NCBI GenBank assembly: GCA_965223845.1
Contig: CBDCXR010000004.1
Coordinates: forward strand, 5,664,001 to 5,728,000
Direction of reading: 5' to 3'
Length of the DNA: 64,000 bases
Source: Planctomycetota bacterium
GTDB lineage: Bacteria > Planctomycetota > UBA8108 > SXIK01
The notes beneath the pieces are model-generated. The model ran no database searches. It had not been told where the DNA came from and was given only the letters and a program-made list of their open reading frames with translations. Shown here piece after piece: positions 1 through 9,819 of the stretch. Positions within the stretch are counted from its first letter, which is position 1; every line of letters begins with the position of its first letter. A program made the position numbers and the translations under genes.

Positions 1-2
1 CC

Positions 3-350
3 CTCGATTGGCTCCGCCGCCGCGCCTGGCCGGGAAATGTGCGCGAGTTTCGCAATCTCCTCGCGCGGATCCGCGTCGAAGACTCGCGCTCCGTCTCGGT
101 CGACGCGCTCGAACGAGTGACGAAAACGGACGACACGGTCCACCTCTTCCCGGGAAACGTGCTCGAGGTGGAGACGCTTCCCGTGCTCAAGGAGCGACTC
201 GAGCGCGATTATGTCGTCTATCACTTCCGGCGGCTCGGCGGGGACACCAAGGCGCTGTGCCGATTCCTCGAGCTCGGTCGACGCCAACTCTATCGGCGCT
301 GCGAGCGGCTGGGGATTTCGCTCCGCGCGGAGCGAGCGCGGCTGCGGTAG
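3..350 (+). CDS. sigma54-dependent transcriptional activator, C-terminal part (5' truncated by window edge)
   Basis: The frame from position 3 reads LDWLRRRAWPGNVREFRNL, the WPGNVRE motif of bEBP AAA+ domains, and ends in a Fis-like HTH (LELGRRQLYRRCERLGI). Confidence 0.85.
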   Translation, partial: LDWLRRRAWPGNVREFRNLLARIRVEDSRSVSVDALERVTKTDDTVHLFPGNVLEVETLPVLKERLERDYVVYHFRRLGGDTKALCRFLELGRRQLYRRCERLGISLRAERARLR

Positions 351-361
351 TCGCCGGAGCG

Positions 362-1795
362 CTACGGGTTTCCGGGTGACTCCGCCTCGTACCAGTAGTC
401 GGGCAGACCGTCCTTCGTCTCCCGCAGGATCTCCACGATCTGCGTGCGCTCCTTGGTCCCGAGATGCGCGAACTTCTCGGGGAGCTCGTTCGCCGTGAGG
501 ACGTTCCAAAGGCGGCGGTACACGAGGTCTTTCATGACCGGCGGGAGCGCCGCGAACGCGCGCGAGTAGATCATGAAGCTGCACCGATGCTTGAAGAGCC
601 GCCGCTCGAGATGGAAATCGCGGAGCGAGCGGCCGCTCGAGCTCGCGCGCCGCGTGCGGAGAAAGGCTTTCTCGAATCCCTCGCCTCCTCGAACGCCGCC
701 TCGGAGCTTGATCTCGCCGGCAAAGAGGAGCCTCTCGACGACGCGATCCGCTTCGCGCTCGACGATTTTCCGCCCGACTCCGCGCAGGCCGCCCAGGGAA
801 TCGTCGGCGTGCCGGGCGACCGCTTCATCACCGAGCTTCGTGCGAACGTCGCGCTCGTCGAGAGGCGCATCCGCCGCGCCCACCGTACGCTCGAGAACAC
901 TCCGGCGATAGAGCGCTTGCCGCGTCTTGAAGTTCGCGCGGACGAGCGCGTTGTGAACACCGAGCTGATGCTCGAGCACCATCAGCGCGACGATGTCGCT
1001 CGTCGGAACGAGATAGGGTTCCGTCCAGAAGTACTGCGCGAGCGACGTTTGGTTCGCTCCACGATCGACGTCGAACTCGACCGAGGTCGACGTGCGCGAT
1101 GCGATCGCGTTCCCCATGTGACGTTGGCTGCCGTGGGTCCCCGTGACGTACCAACCGCCCCAACGCTCCTCGAGCGGGCTCCGATCGGTGGTGACGAACG
1201 ATCCTGCCGAGAGAATCGGGAAGCCGCGCTCGTCGGGGTAGACCGAGCGAACGAGGAGGCCGGGAACTCGCCCCGTCCTCCCGCTCGCGTGACACGAGAG
1301 GCAGCCGTTGTCGCGGCGAAAGCGCGGCCGCTTCGTCCCGCGCGGGTCGAGCTGGTAGAACGTCGTGCCGAGCTCCGGATCCGAGCAGGCCACTTCGATC
1401 GCTCCGTTCTGCACCCAGCCGACGTAGCAATCATCGGAGAAATAGACCGCGCGCGGAGTCGAGGGAGAGATCGCGCGGAGCTGAAAACTGGTCTGGGAGA
1501 AGACGAGCACCTGCGACTCGACCGGAACCTCGAGCCGCTCGAGCACTTCGCGCAGAAACGCTCGCTGATCCTTCGGATCCGACGACCAGCCGTCGCGCTC
1601 GATCGTCTTCCCGAGTGCCGCGACGGCGTCCTTCGGACTCGCATCCGAGTAGCGAATCGGCGGGTACTCGAAGTCTTCCCGCTGGGCGAACACCGGCGCA
1701 CTGAGCGCGAGCACGATCAGCGCGGAGCGCCCCGGGGCGCCGAGCCGAACGCGCGCAGAGCGACGGGAATTCCGAGCGTTCGATTGGATGTACAT
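362..1795 (-). CDS. secreted mono-heme cytochrome c domain protein of unknown function
   Basis: 477-aa ORF with an N-terminal hydrophobic signal (ALIVLALSAPVFA) and a single CLSCH heme-binding motif. Confidence 0.7.
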   Translation of the reverse strand: MYIQSNARNSRRSARVRLGAPGRSALIVLALSAPVFAQREDFEYPPIRYSDASPKDAVAALGKTIERDGWSSDPKDQRAFLREVLERLEVPVESQVLVFSQTSFQLRAISPSTPRAVYFSDDCYVGWVQNGAIEVACSDPELGTTFYQLDPRGTKRPRFRRDNGCLSCHASGRTGRVPGLLVRSVYPDERGFPILSAGSFVTTDRSPLEERWGGWYVTGTHGSQRHMGNAIASRTSTSVEFDVDRGANQTSLAQYFWTEPYLVPTSDIVALMVLEHQLGVHNALVRANFKTRQALYRRSVLERTVGAADAPLDERDVRTKLGDEAVARHADDSLGGLRGVGRKIVEREADRVVERLLFAGEIKLRGGVRGGEGFEKAFLRTRRASSSGRSLRDFHLERRLFKHRCSFMIYSRAFAALPPVMKDLVYRRLWNVLTANELPEKFAHLGTKERTQIVEILRETKDGLPDYWYEAESPGNP

Positions 1796-1851
1796 CGCGC
1801 TGACGTCACGTCCGAACGGTACCGGCAGACTCCCGACTTGATCGGGAATCC

Positions 1852-1878
1852 AAAACTGGTATTCTGTGTACCAGTTTT
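1852..1878. promoter_or_regulatory. perfect 10-7-10 inverted repeat, candidate Rrf2-family operator
   Basis: AAAACTGGTA-ttctgtg-TACCAGTTTT, an AT-rich site between divergent genes, 27 bp upstream of the Rrf2 start. Confidence 0.7.
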
Positions 1879-1905
1879 AATTCGCGGCATCAACCGGTCC
1901 TCCCG

Positions 1906-2340
1906 ATGAAACTCCGCCTCCAGACCGACTACGGCCTGCGCGTGCTCCTCTATCTCGCGTTCGTCGATAGGATCGCCAACGCCGAGGAGATCGCGACGGC
2001 GTTCGCGATCTCGAAGGACCACCTCGTCAAGGTCGGCCAACATCTCGCGAAACACGGCCTGATCCGCACCGTCCCCGGGCGCGGCGGCGGATTCGTGCTC
2101 GAACGCGATCCGGCCGGAATCACCGTGCGCGAGGTCGTCGAAAAGATGGAAGGACGACCGGGATGCCTCGACTGCATTCCGTCTCCCGACGTCTGTCCGA
2201 TGGAGCCGGGCTGCGGGCTCCGCCGGCTCCTCATCGACGCGGAGAACGCATTTTTCGACGTCCTCGCCACCCGCACGATCGCCGACCTCAGTCGCAATCG
2301 CTCGCGCACCGGTGGGCTTCACAACGTCGAAGTCCTCTGA
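1906..2340 (+). CDS. Rrf2 family transcriptional regulator (NsrR-like, Fe-S binding)
   Basis: TDYGLRVLLYLA, ISKDHLVKV, GRGGG wing and C-terminal Cys cluster (CLDC...C...C). Confidence 0.9.
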   Translation: MKLRLQTDYGLRVLLYLAFVDRIANAEEIATAFAISKDHLVKVGQHLAKHGLIRTVPGRGGGFVLERDPAGITVREVVEKMEGRPGCLDCIPSPDVCPMEPGCGLRRLLIDAENAFFDVLATRTIADLSRNRSRTGGLHNVEVL

Positions 2341-2353
2341 GCCTGGCCCGCGA

Positions 2354-2370
2354 GTCCAGTTTTGCTGGAC
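2354..2370. promoter_or_regulatory. palindrome GTCCAG-N5-CTGGAC, candidate upstream activator sequence for a sigma54 activator
   Basis: Perfect 6-bp arms about 135 bp upstream of a -24/-12 match. Confidence 0.45.
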
Positions 2371-2505
2371 GAAGCCGGCACAGCGCGTGATGGCGCCTTT
2401 ACGCGGCGAGGCGAATCTCGAGCGGAGGCGTTCTCCCCCAAGTCTCGATCTCATCGAGTGTTGCATCGTCCTCGGCGCACTGAGGAGGAGCGCGCACGAG
2501 CGATC

Positions 2506-2522
2506 TTGGCCTCGCGATTGCG
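2506..2522 (+). promoter_or_regulatory. sigma54 (-24/-12) promoter candidate
   Basis: TTGGC-CTCGCGA-TTGCG with GG at 2508-2509 and GC at 2520-2521 exactly 10 nt apart, about 95 nt upstream of ATG 2615. Confidence 0.6.
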
Positions 2523-2614
2523 GGAGCGAGCCGGGACCGGCTTTCGGTGGAGACCTTCACGCCGGGAAGCGCCTCCGCCTCAAACGCATTCAGGGAGAAC
2601 CGGGAGAGTCCGCC

Positions 2615-4642
2615 ATGAAACCAGGAACACGCAGCGCGGCGCTGCTCGCCGTGGGACTCGCGCTGACGGCTACGGCGCAAGCCGACACCGAGTTCATTCG
2701 CGGCGACGCGAACGGCGACGGCCGATTGAGTGCCGCCGACGGCCACTACGCGCTCACTCACCTCTTCCGCGAACCGTTCGAGCCCGCGTGCCTCGACGCC
2801 CTCGACTTCGAGCGGGACGGCCACGTCAACATCTCCGACGCAATTCGGATGCTGAACTACGTCTCCCGCGGCGGACCGCATCCCTGCGCCCCGTTTCCCG
2901 ATCTCGGGACGACCGCCGAAGACTCGCCAACGAGCGGCTGCGAGCAGTACGGCTCCGACGAGACGATCAGCGACTCGACTGCCGCCATCGAAGTGAGAAC
3001 TCGGCCCGCGGCCGAAGCGGGAAAAACGGTGTTCGAAATCTATCTCTCGAGCTCGCGTTCGCTCGCCGGATTCTCGGCCGTGCTGTCGGTCGAAGGCAGT
3101 GTCCTCACCGAAAACCAGAACGACTACGATGCCGACTCCGCGGTCGGATCGGAAGAGGAACTCTCGTACGCGTCCGCGGCGGTGCTCGACGGCGAACTCC
3201 GTTTGACACTCGTGAACACGATCTCCGGATTGAACCGGATCGAGCCGGGAGTCGATCGTCTCGTGATGGAGGCGACGCTCTGCACCGCGACCGGCACGTC
3301 CGCGGGCGACTACGCGCTCGCGTTCGAACAAGTCGAGCTGATCGACTGGGAGACCGCACAATCGATCGCCCCGCAGCAGACGAGCGCCGAGCCCGTCTCG
3401 GTTGCGGCAACCGTAACCGAGTCGGGCTGCGATGATCTCGGCGAGATCGAGGGCGGCGCACTGTGCGCGGACGTCGAACCCGATCCGCCGGAGCCGCCGG
3501 ATCCTCCGCCGGGGCCGCAGGCCGACTTCCGTCGCGGCGATTTCAACTCGGACGGGAGGATCTCGCTCTCCGACGCGGTCATGATGCGCCGGACGCTCTT
3601 TCTCGAAGGTCCACGCGACCCGTGGTGCGAGGACGCGGGAGATGTCGACGACGACGGCGGCTTCAACATCGCTGACCCGATCCGCCTCTTGCTCAAGCTC
3701 TTCGTCGACGACTCGGCGATCCCAGGGCCCGGCCCCGAACCGGGCCCGGATCCCACTCCGGACTCACTGGGGTGCGAAGCCTACGATGTCGTCGCGCCGG
3801 AGGAGACGACCGACGTTGTCCGCTTCGAGGACGTCACCGCGGCGCCGGGACAGATCGTTGCCGTTCCCGTCTACATCTCGAACGAGCGACCCACGGAGGG
3901 ATTTCAAATCGTCGTCGATTACGAACCGAGCGTGTTTGAGCCGCGGTACCTCGGGCCACCGGGGGCGGGAACACACGGCCTTTCGATCGGGGTCGAACTT
4001 CCCCACGCGCTCTCGCTCGTAGGTACGGCGTACGAGGGCTACAACCAGGGAGAGAGCAGCGGCTACGCGTCGCTTCTTCCGGTCGACGACGACACCTTCG
4101 TGTTCGCGTTCGTGCCGAATCTCGTGCACGACTTCGACCGCTTGCCCGCGGGCGAGGAGCAGCTCGCGTTTCGCATTCTCGGTGAAGTGAACCCCAACGC
4201 GGTTCCCGGCACCGTCGTCTCGCTCACGCCGACTCACGGGGAAAACAGAGAGGGCGTCGGGCCGTACGAGTTCAGAACGGAGCTCACGTACGAAGGAAAC
4301 GCACGCTTCGTATCGATTCTTCCGGTCACGCAACCGGGGCTTCTCCAGATCGTCGCCGACGTCATGGTCTTCCGCGGCGATGCCAACAGCGATGGCGACG
4401 TCAACATCGCCGACGCGACGTTCACGCTCGATTACCTCTTCACCGACGGCGCGGCCGCGCCGGGCTGCCCGGACGCAGCCGACGCGAATGACGACGGTGC
4501 GCTCAACATCTCCGATCCGATCGCGATCCTCGTTCAGCTCTTCCTGAAGCGCGATGCGATCGCACCGCCCTATCCCTCGCAGGGTGTCGATCCGACGCCG
4601 GATCTCCTGCCCGCGTGCGCGACCCCGTCGGCGGTCGAATAG
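2615..4642 (+). CDS. secreted protein with three dockerin-like modules and two intervening cohesin-like beta-sandwich regions
   Basis: Signal peptide MKPGTRSAALLAVGLALTATAQA. Modules start FIRGDANGDG, FRRGDFNSDG and FRGDANSDG. The VTAAPGQIVAVPVYISN..EGFQIVVDY segment is cohesin-like. Confidence 0.75.
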   Translation: MKPGTRSAALLAVGLALTATAQADTEFIRGDANGDGRLSAADGHYALTHLFREPFEPACLDALDFERDGHVNISDAIRMLNYVSRGGPHPCAPFPDLGTTAEDSPTSGCEQYGSDETISDSTAAIEVRTRPAAEAGKTVFEIYLSSSRSLAGFSAVLSVEGSVLTENQNDYDADSAVGSEEELSYASAAVLDGELRLTLVNTISGLNRIEPGVDRLVMEATLCTATGTSAGDYALAFEQVELIDWETAQSIAPQQTSAEPVSVAATVTESGCDDLGEIEGGALCADVEPDPPEPPDPPPGPQADFRRGDFNSDGRISLSDAVMMRRTLFLEGPRDPWCEDAGDVDDDGGFNIADPIRLLLKLFVDDSAIPGPGPEPGPDPTPDSLGCEAYDVVAPEETTDVVRFEDVTAAPGQIVAVPVYISNERPTEGFQIVVDYEPSVFEPRYLGPPGAGTHGLSIGVELPHALSLVGTAYEGYNQGESSGYASLLPVDDDTFVFAFVPNLVHDFDRLPAGEEQLAFRILGEVNPNAVPGTVVSLTPTHGENREGVGPYEFRTELTYEGNARFVSILPVTQPGLLQIVADVMVFRGDANSDGDVNIADATFTLDYLFTDGAAAPGCPDAADANDDGALNISDPIAILVQLFLKRDAIAPPYPSQGVDPTPDLLPACATPSAVE

Positions 4643-4682
4643 GCTCGCGAGGCGAGCTCGTTACGCGCCGCGATCGCCGCAT

Positions 4683-7600
4683 TCAGCGGCGGTCGCGGCG
4701 CGTCATTTCCCCCCGAAGTGTTCTCACATCGAGTCCGACTTCGCGGAGCCACGCGTAGAGCCTCGACTTCTTGACGCCCAGCTCTGCGCGCATGGCGCCG
4801 AGGTCGCCAGCGTGAGCTCGGAATCGGTCGCGCAGGTAGGCGCGGTCTACGATTCTTCGCACCGCTGCGATGTTCCGTCCGGCGAGGAGCGACCGGGGAA
4901 CGTCGGGATCGACGCCCCCGTCTTCGCTCGGAGTGAGAAGCTCCGCCAGATCCTCCGCGGTGATTCGCTCGGCGATCGAGCGTTCGACGAGAACGCGGAG
5001 CGCCAGCCCTTCGAGCTCTCGCACGTTTCCTCGCCACGGCTGCCCGGAGAGGAGCGCGAAGGCGGCGGATTCAACGACGGGAACGCGCCGCCCGAGCTTC
5101 CGCGCATGCCGCGCGAGCAAGTGCTCAAAGATCGGAGGGATATCCTCCGGTCGATCGCGGAGCGGCGGTATCTCTAGCGTGAGCGCACCGATGCGAAAGA
5201 GGAGATCCTCCCGCAGCGCTCCCGCTTCGTCGCCCGCGCGCGGCAGAGCACGCGAAGTGAACAGGAAGCGGACGTCGATCGGCCGATCGTCTAGACTTCC
5301 GAGCGGACGCACCGTCTGCCGATCGAGGACGCGGAGAAGCTGCGCCTGATGCGCGAATGGTAGATCGGTGATGCCGTCGACGAGGAGCGTCCCTCCCGAG
5401 GCGTGCTCGAGGATGCCGCTTCGGCTCGCCTCCGCGCCGGTGAACGCGCCGGCGGCGTGACCGAAGAGCTCCGCTTCGAAGAGCTCCTCGGGCAGCGCTC
5501 CGCACGCAATGACCTCGAAGGGTTCCGCGGCACGCGGGCCGCGGTCGTGAAGAACCCGCGCGAGAAGGTCCTTTCCGACGCCGGTCTCACCCACGATGAG
5601 AACGGGCTGATCGACGGCGGCGAGTCGCAGCGCCGAAGCGACGAGATCCTCCATTTGCCGCGACCGGACGACGAGCTCGGCGCCGCCGGTTCGGCGCGGC
5701 GGAGTCGTCGATCGAGCCGACCAGCGTTCGACTTTCTCGCTAACCCGCTCGAGTCGAGAAAACCTCTCTTGAGCGAGGTAGAGTTCGCGTCGGCGTGCGG
5801 GAAGCGACGCGACGATGATTTCGCGAGTCTGCCGCGCGCGGTGCACGTGGTGCCGGGCCGCCTCACGTTCGCCGCGACGGTCGGCGAGAACGGCAAGCTG
5901 CTCCTCGATGCGGCAGTCGATCTCGAGGAACGAGCGGCCGACGATCGCTCCCGCGGCCTCCTCGACCAATCGCTGCGCGCGATCGATGTCGCCGAGAAAC
6001 GCGCTCGCTTCGCTTTCACCGAGTGGCGAGAGGACGGAGAGCGCACGGTGGTCGATCGCGGGTGCGCGGTGAAGTGCGAGCTGGAGCTCGCGCACCTCCC
6101 CGCGGTCACCGGCCCAAAGCGCAACGTAGAGCTTCGCGACGCGCAGCCAGCGGTCGAACGCCGGACAGCGGAGATCGCGAAGACACCGTTCGGCTCGCCG
6201 GAGGTGCTCGCGCGCGGGTGCGAATTCGGTCGCCGCAACCGCGAGCCAAAGTCGATCGCAGCCCTCGAGAAAGCCGACGGGATTCGTCGGCAGAGCCTCG
6301 GCTTCAGCGGCGAAGGCAGACGCTTTCTCCGGCGAGCCGAGCCAGCGCTCGAGCGCGGCGCGGCGCGCGAGCTCCATCCGCCGGACGAGCTCGAACCCCG
6401 GCCGCGGGGAGTTCGGCTGCCTTCGAGCGAGGATCCTCAAGGCATCATCGAAGCGCCCCGAGATCATCTTCGCTTCGGCGAGGTAGACGCTGCCGAACCG
6501 CACCATGTACTCGTCGCTCAGCTCCCGGCCGATCGGAAGCGCGCGCTCGAAGCACTCGATCGCCGTCGTTTCCTCACCGAGAAAGTGCTCGACGAGCCCC
6601 GCGGCAAAGTCGACGAAGAACTCGAGCCGCTCGCCCGATTGTTCGCGGAGGAGTCGGCGCGCGCGGCGAATTTCATCGCGCGCTTCGGTCGCGTCCCCCG
6701 TCTTCGCCGCGATCAGGGCGATGTTGCACGCGATCTGAACGAGAGAGCGGCGCTCGCCCGACGTCGAGATCAAGCGCGCCGAGCGGCGAAAATAGTGACG
6801 TGCGCGAGCGTAGCGGTCGAGCTGATTGAATACGATTCCGAGGTTGTTGAGGATCAGCGCCTGCGGTCCGCGGATCCCTTCTCGCTCGGCGAGACGCAGC
6901 GCCGCAGAGAGATGGTCTCGAGCCTCCGCGAGCCGCATCCGCCGAAGCTCGAGATGGCCGAGAGTCGCACGAAGCGTGACCTCCGCACCGTCCACATCCG
7001 CAGAGCCGCCCCTACGGATTTCATCGAGCGCGGCGAGTCCGCGGCGACACGCAGCGTCCGCCTCGTCGTAGTCTCCGCGAAGAGTGTGGAGCTCCGACAG
7101 CTCGCACTCGATGCGAACGGTTTCGCTTCGATCTACGGCCGGCGACGAGATCGCGAGCGCATCGCCGAAGAGACGGACCGCCTCATCCGGCTTCCCGGCG
7201 CGGTGAAAATGCGCCCCTAGCCTCCGAAGGAAGCGCACGCGATCGCTCCGCGGGAGCTTGCGCAAGACCTCGGCTCCCAACGGTTCGAGAGCCGCGATTC
7301 CTTCGAGGTGATCGCCCTCCTCCGCCCGGAGCTCGCTGATCTCTTCGGCGAGCTCGAATCGCCGGCGGAGAGCACTCTCGCTCGCGAGCGCAGCCTCGAG
7401 GAGCGCGATCGCCGTCTGCGCACGCCCCGCACCGACGAGCTCGGAGACCAGCGAGAGCGCGGCTTCGCGTCCGCGAGCTTGCTGCCCGGTCGCGAGACGG
7501 AGACGAACGAGAAGCGTTCGCTGGCGCAAATTCGCCGCCGGCAAGCGACCGAAGTAATCCCGCGCGCGACGATGGAACTCCGCCGCGCGGATCTCCGGCA

Positions 7601-9437
7601 TGGCGCGGCGGACTCGCTCGCCGAGCTCGTGCTCCGCGAGATAGTAGAGTTGACTCCGACCCTCGGGCGACGACGAAACCACTTCGTTCTCACGTAGATC
7701 CCTGAGAACACGGCTCGCGGTTCTCGTCTTGAGCCCGGCCGCTCCGGCGATCTCGGCCACGCGCATCGGCGCGCACAGAAGCGACATGGTCTCGATCACG
7801 ACTCCCGTCTCGCCCTCGAGGACGCCCGGTTCATCGACCCGACGTTCGCTCCACGGGATGCGAGCGAGTGGGTCTTCCGGAACTCGGCCGTCGCGCGCGT
7901 ACTCTTCGAGAACGAACCGCGCGAGTTGGCGGAGGCGAAGAGGTGTCCCATCGACGTCGGCGGCCCACGCTCGAAGCTGCCCGCGCACGACGCGAAGAGG
8001 ACGAAGAAACCGCTCGAGCAAGGTGATCGCGACACCGCGCACGAGACCGCCCAGCGCGAGCAGCTCGCATCCGCTGCCGGCTCGCGCGGATGCGAACGAA
8101 GCGGCCTCCGAGCTCACCGCGGCGACGAAGAGCCCACGGGCGCTCTCTCTTCGCTCGGAGCACGCAAGAGCGAGCGCCTCGACGGTCGCCCGACTCTCTG
8201 CGTCGGCCTCGTCCAGGTTGTCGACGAGAACGACGAGCGGAAACGAGTCGCCGGCGAAGTACGTAGCGACGGCGCGCGCCGCGCGTTCCGGTGGCGACCC
8301 ACCGTGCTCGCGAGCGAGCGGTTTCAACCACGCCACCGCCTCCTTCCCGCGTCCGCGGAATGCGCGCCGGAGTTGGCGCTCGAGAGACTCCGAGCTCCCG
8401 CCGGGCAGAAACTCGACCCCCGCGACGTCGAGCCCCCGCCACTGCGCGCGACGGCGCGCCTCGGTGAGGAGCCGCGATTTGCCGACGCCGCGCGGACCGG
8501 TGATCCAAAACGCCCGAGCATGTCCCTCGCTCACCTCTCGGAGCGCGACCTCGACTCGCTCGAGTTCCGCTTCGCGGCCGAGAGTGATCTCGCCGGGTTC
8601 ACCCGCCGGGCGCTCGATCTCACGTGAGCCGACCGCGTGCGCGAGCGCGCGACGAAACTCCCGCGCGCCGCCGAATCGTCGGTCGGGATTCGCGGCCATC
8701 GCTTTCGCGATCACTCGCTCGAGATCGAGCGGGACTCGAGCCGGCCAACCCGGAATGTCGCGCGGCAGGCGCACGTCGCCGTCGCTGCGGCCGGTGAGGC
8801 GGTAGAGGAGCAACCGGCCGACGCGGGCGATATCCGCCGCCGGCCCCTGCGCTTCGACGCGGAGAAAATCCGCCCCGCGCGGCGAGCGCGACGAGAGGAG
8901 GGCGGTCGAGCGAAGGTCTCCGCCCCCGGGTCGGAGCCCGAAGTCGATCAGCACGGTTCCCCGGTTCGCGTCGCGCGCCTGAATCACGTTCCCCGGGTGA
9001 AGGTCGATCGGGGAGATCTCGTGGGCGTGGAGGTAGTCGAGCGCTTCGAGAAGATCGAAGATCGGCCGGAGAAGCGCTTCGGCCGAAAGAGCCTCACCGC
9101 CCTCGCCCATCGCCGGCCCGGGCTCGAGCGGGAGTCCGTCGACGAAGCTCCGCGTGTAGAAGGGGAGACGCCTCTCGCCCTCGGTGTAGCCGAAGTCGTA
9201 CGCCGCTGCGATCTGCGGATGGCGGAGATCGGCGATGACGCGGAATTCGTCGCGGAGTCGCTCGAGACCCTCGTCGGAGAACACCTCGGGACGAATCAGC
9301 TTGAGCGAGACGAGCTCGCCGCGCTGCTCATCGTCGACGAGGTAGACCGTACCCACGCTGCCCGAGCCGAGTCGACGAACGACGCGGTAACGCCCAGCGA
9401 AAACGAAGTCCGAGCTGAACGCAGGGGAGCCGCTCAT
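4683..9437 (-). CDS. Ser/Thr kinase - P-loop ATPase - TPR - sigma54 activator (bEBP) fusion
   Basis: Kinase GSGSVG/LKLI/DLHPGN/DFG; Walker A GPRGVGKS; TPR-like helices (ILNNLGIVF); bEBP GETGVGKD, GAFTGA, PPLRDRPEDI, WRGNVREL; C-terminal HTH. Confidence 0.88.
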   Translation of the reverse strand: MSGSPAFSSDFVFAGRYRVVRRLGSGSVGTVYLVDDEQRGELVSLKLIRPEVFSDEGLERLRDEFRVIADLRHPQIAAAYDFGYTEGERRLPFYTRSFVDGLPLEPGPAMGEGGEALSAEALLRPIFDLLEALDYLHAHEISPIDLHPGNVIQARDANRGTVLIDFGLRPGGGDLRSTALLSSRSPRGADFLRVEAQGPAADIARVGRLLLYRLTGRSDGDVRLPRDIPGWPARVPLDLERVIAKAMAANPDRRFGGAREFRRALAHAVGSREIERPAGEPGEITLGREAELERVEVALREVSEGHARAFWITGPRGVGKSRLLTEARRRAQWRGLDVAGVEFLPGGSSESLERQLRRAFRGRGKEAVAWLKPLAREHGGSPPERAARAVATYFAGDSFPLVVLVDNLDEADAESRATVEALALACSERRESARGLFVAAVSSEAASFASARAGSGCELLALGGLVRGVAITLLERFLRPLRVVRGQLRAWAADVDGTPLRLRQLARFVLEEYARDGRVPEDPLARIPWSERRVDEPGVLEGETGVVIETMSLLCAPMRVAEIAGAAGLKTRTASRVLRDLRENEVVSSSPEGRSQLYYLAEHELGERVRRAMPEIRAAEFHRRARDYFGRLPAANLRQRTLLVRLRLATGQQARGREAALSLVSELVGAGRAQTAIALLEAALASESALRRRFELAEEISELRAEEGDHLEGIAALEPLGAEVLRKLPRSDRVRFLRRLGAHFHRAGKPDEAVRLFGDALAISSPAVDRSETVRIECELSELHTLRGDYDEADAACRRGLAALDEIRRGGSADVDGAEVTLRATLGHLELRRMRLAEARDHLSAALRLAEREGIRGPQALILNNLGIVFNQLDRYARARHYFRRSARLISTSGERRSLVQIACNIALIAAKTGDATEARDEIRRARRLLREQSGERLEFFVDFAAGLVEHFLGEETTAIECFERALPIGRELSDEYMVRFGSVYLAEAKMISGRFDDALRILARRQPNSPRPGFELVRRMELARRAALERWLGSPEKASAFAAEAEALPTNPVGFLEGCDRLWLAVAATEFAPAREHLRRAERCLRDLRCPAFDRWLRVAKLYVALWAGDRGEVRELQLALHRAPAIDHRALSVLSPLGESEASAFLGDIDRAQRLVEEAAGAIVGRSFLEIDCRIEEQLAVLADRRGEREAARHHVHRARQTREIIVASLPARRRELYLAQERFSRLERVSEKVERWSARSTTPPRRTGGAELVVRSRQMEDLVASALRLAAVDQPVLIVGETGVGKDLLARVLHDRGPRAAEPFEVIACGALPEELFEAELFGHAAGAFTGAEASRSGILEHASGGTLLVDGITDLPFAHQAQLLRVLDRQTVRPLGSLDDRPIDVRFLFTSRALPRAGDEAGALREDLLFRIGALTLEIPPLRDRPEDIPPIFEHLLARHARKLGRRVPVVESAAFALLSGQPWRGNVRELEGLALRVLVERSIAERITAEDLAELLTPSEDGGVDPDVPRSLLAGRNIAAVRRIVDRAYLRDRFRAHAGDLGAMRAELGVKKSRLYAWLREVGLDVRTLRGEMTRRDRR

Positions 9438-9819
9438 GGCTCTTAGCGTAAGCTCCGAGCGACGAAGAGCGGCAGGAATTCACGGACGGGTTTGATCTCG
9501 AGTTGACCGTGACGCGAAGCAGCGAAGAAGACGACGACGGTGGCCGCCGCGTGCCGGATGAGAATGGTGTCGGCGATCCTCGCGTCTCCCGGCCGGCGGG
9601 CCGCCGAGATTGTCTCACCTCCGGGAATCCATCGCGCGAGGTCGAAAGTTCCGGACGCGGAGTGAGCGCCGAGATGCGGTCGAGTCGCACCGCTCAGGCG
9701 CCGGCTCGAGTTCATCTCGGTCTGAATGCAAACGAGTTCCCGCCGTCTCAGAGATAATCGAGCCGAGAGGGGAACAGAGATCACCCCTGCGAGAGAACTT
9801 CAACGAACGAGGGCATCCG

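Noticed and set aside
464-1909. Long antisense and alternate-frame ORFs (for example 464-1909, 5403-7220, 22733-24901, 29832-32258, 35880-38030)
   Set aside because: They are shadow ORFs of motif-bearing genes on the opposite strand, as expected at high GC.
9727-9743. Minus-strand GG-N10-GC (CGGGAACTCGTTTGCA) as a sigma54 promoter for the kinase-bEBP gene
   Set aside because: The -24 element lacks TGGC, so it is too weak to call.
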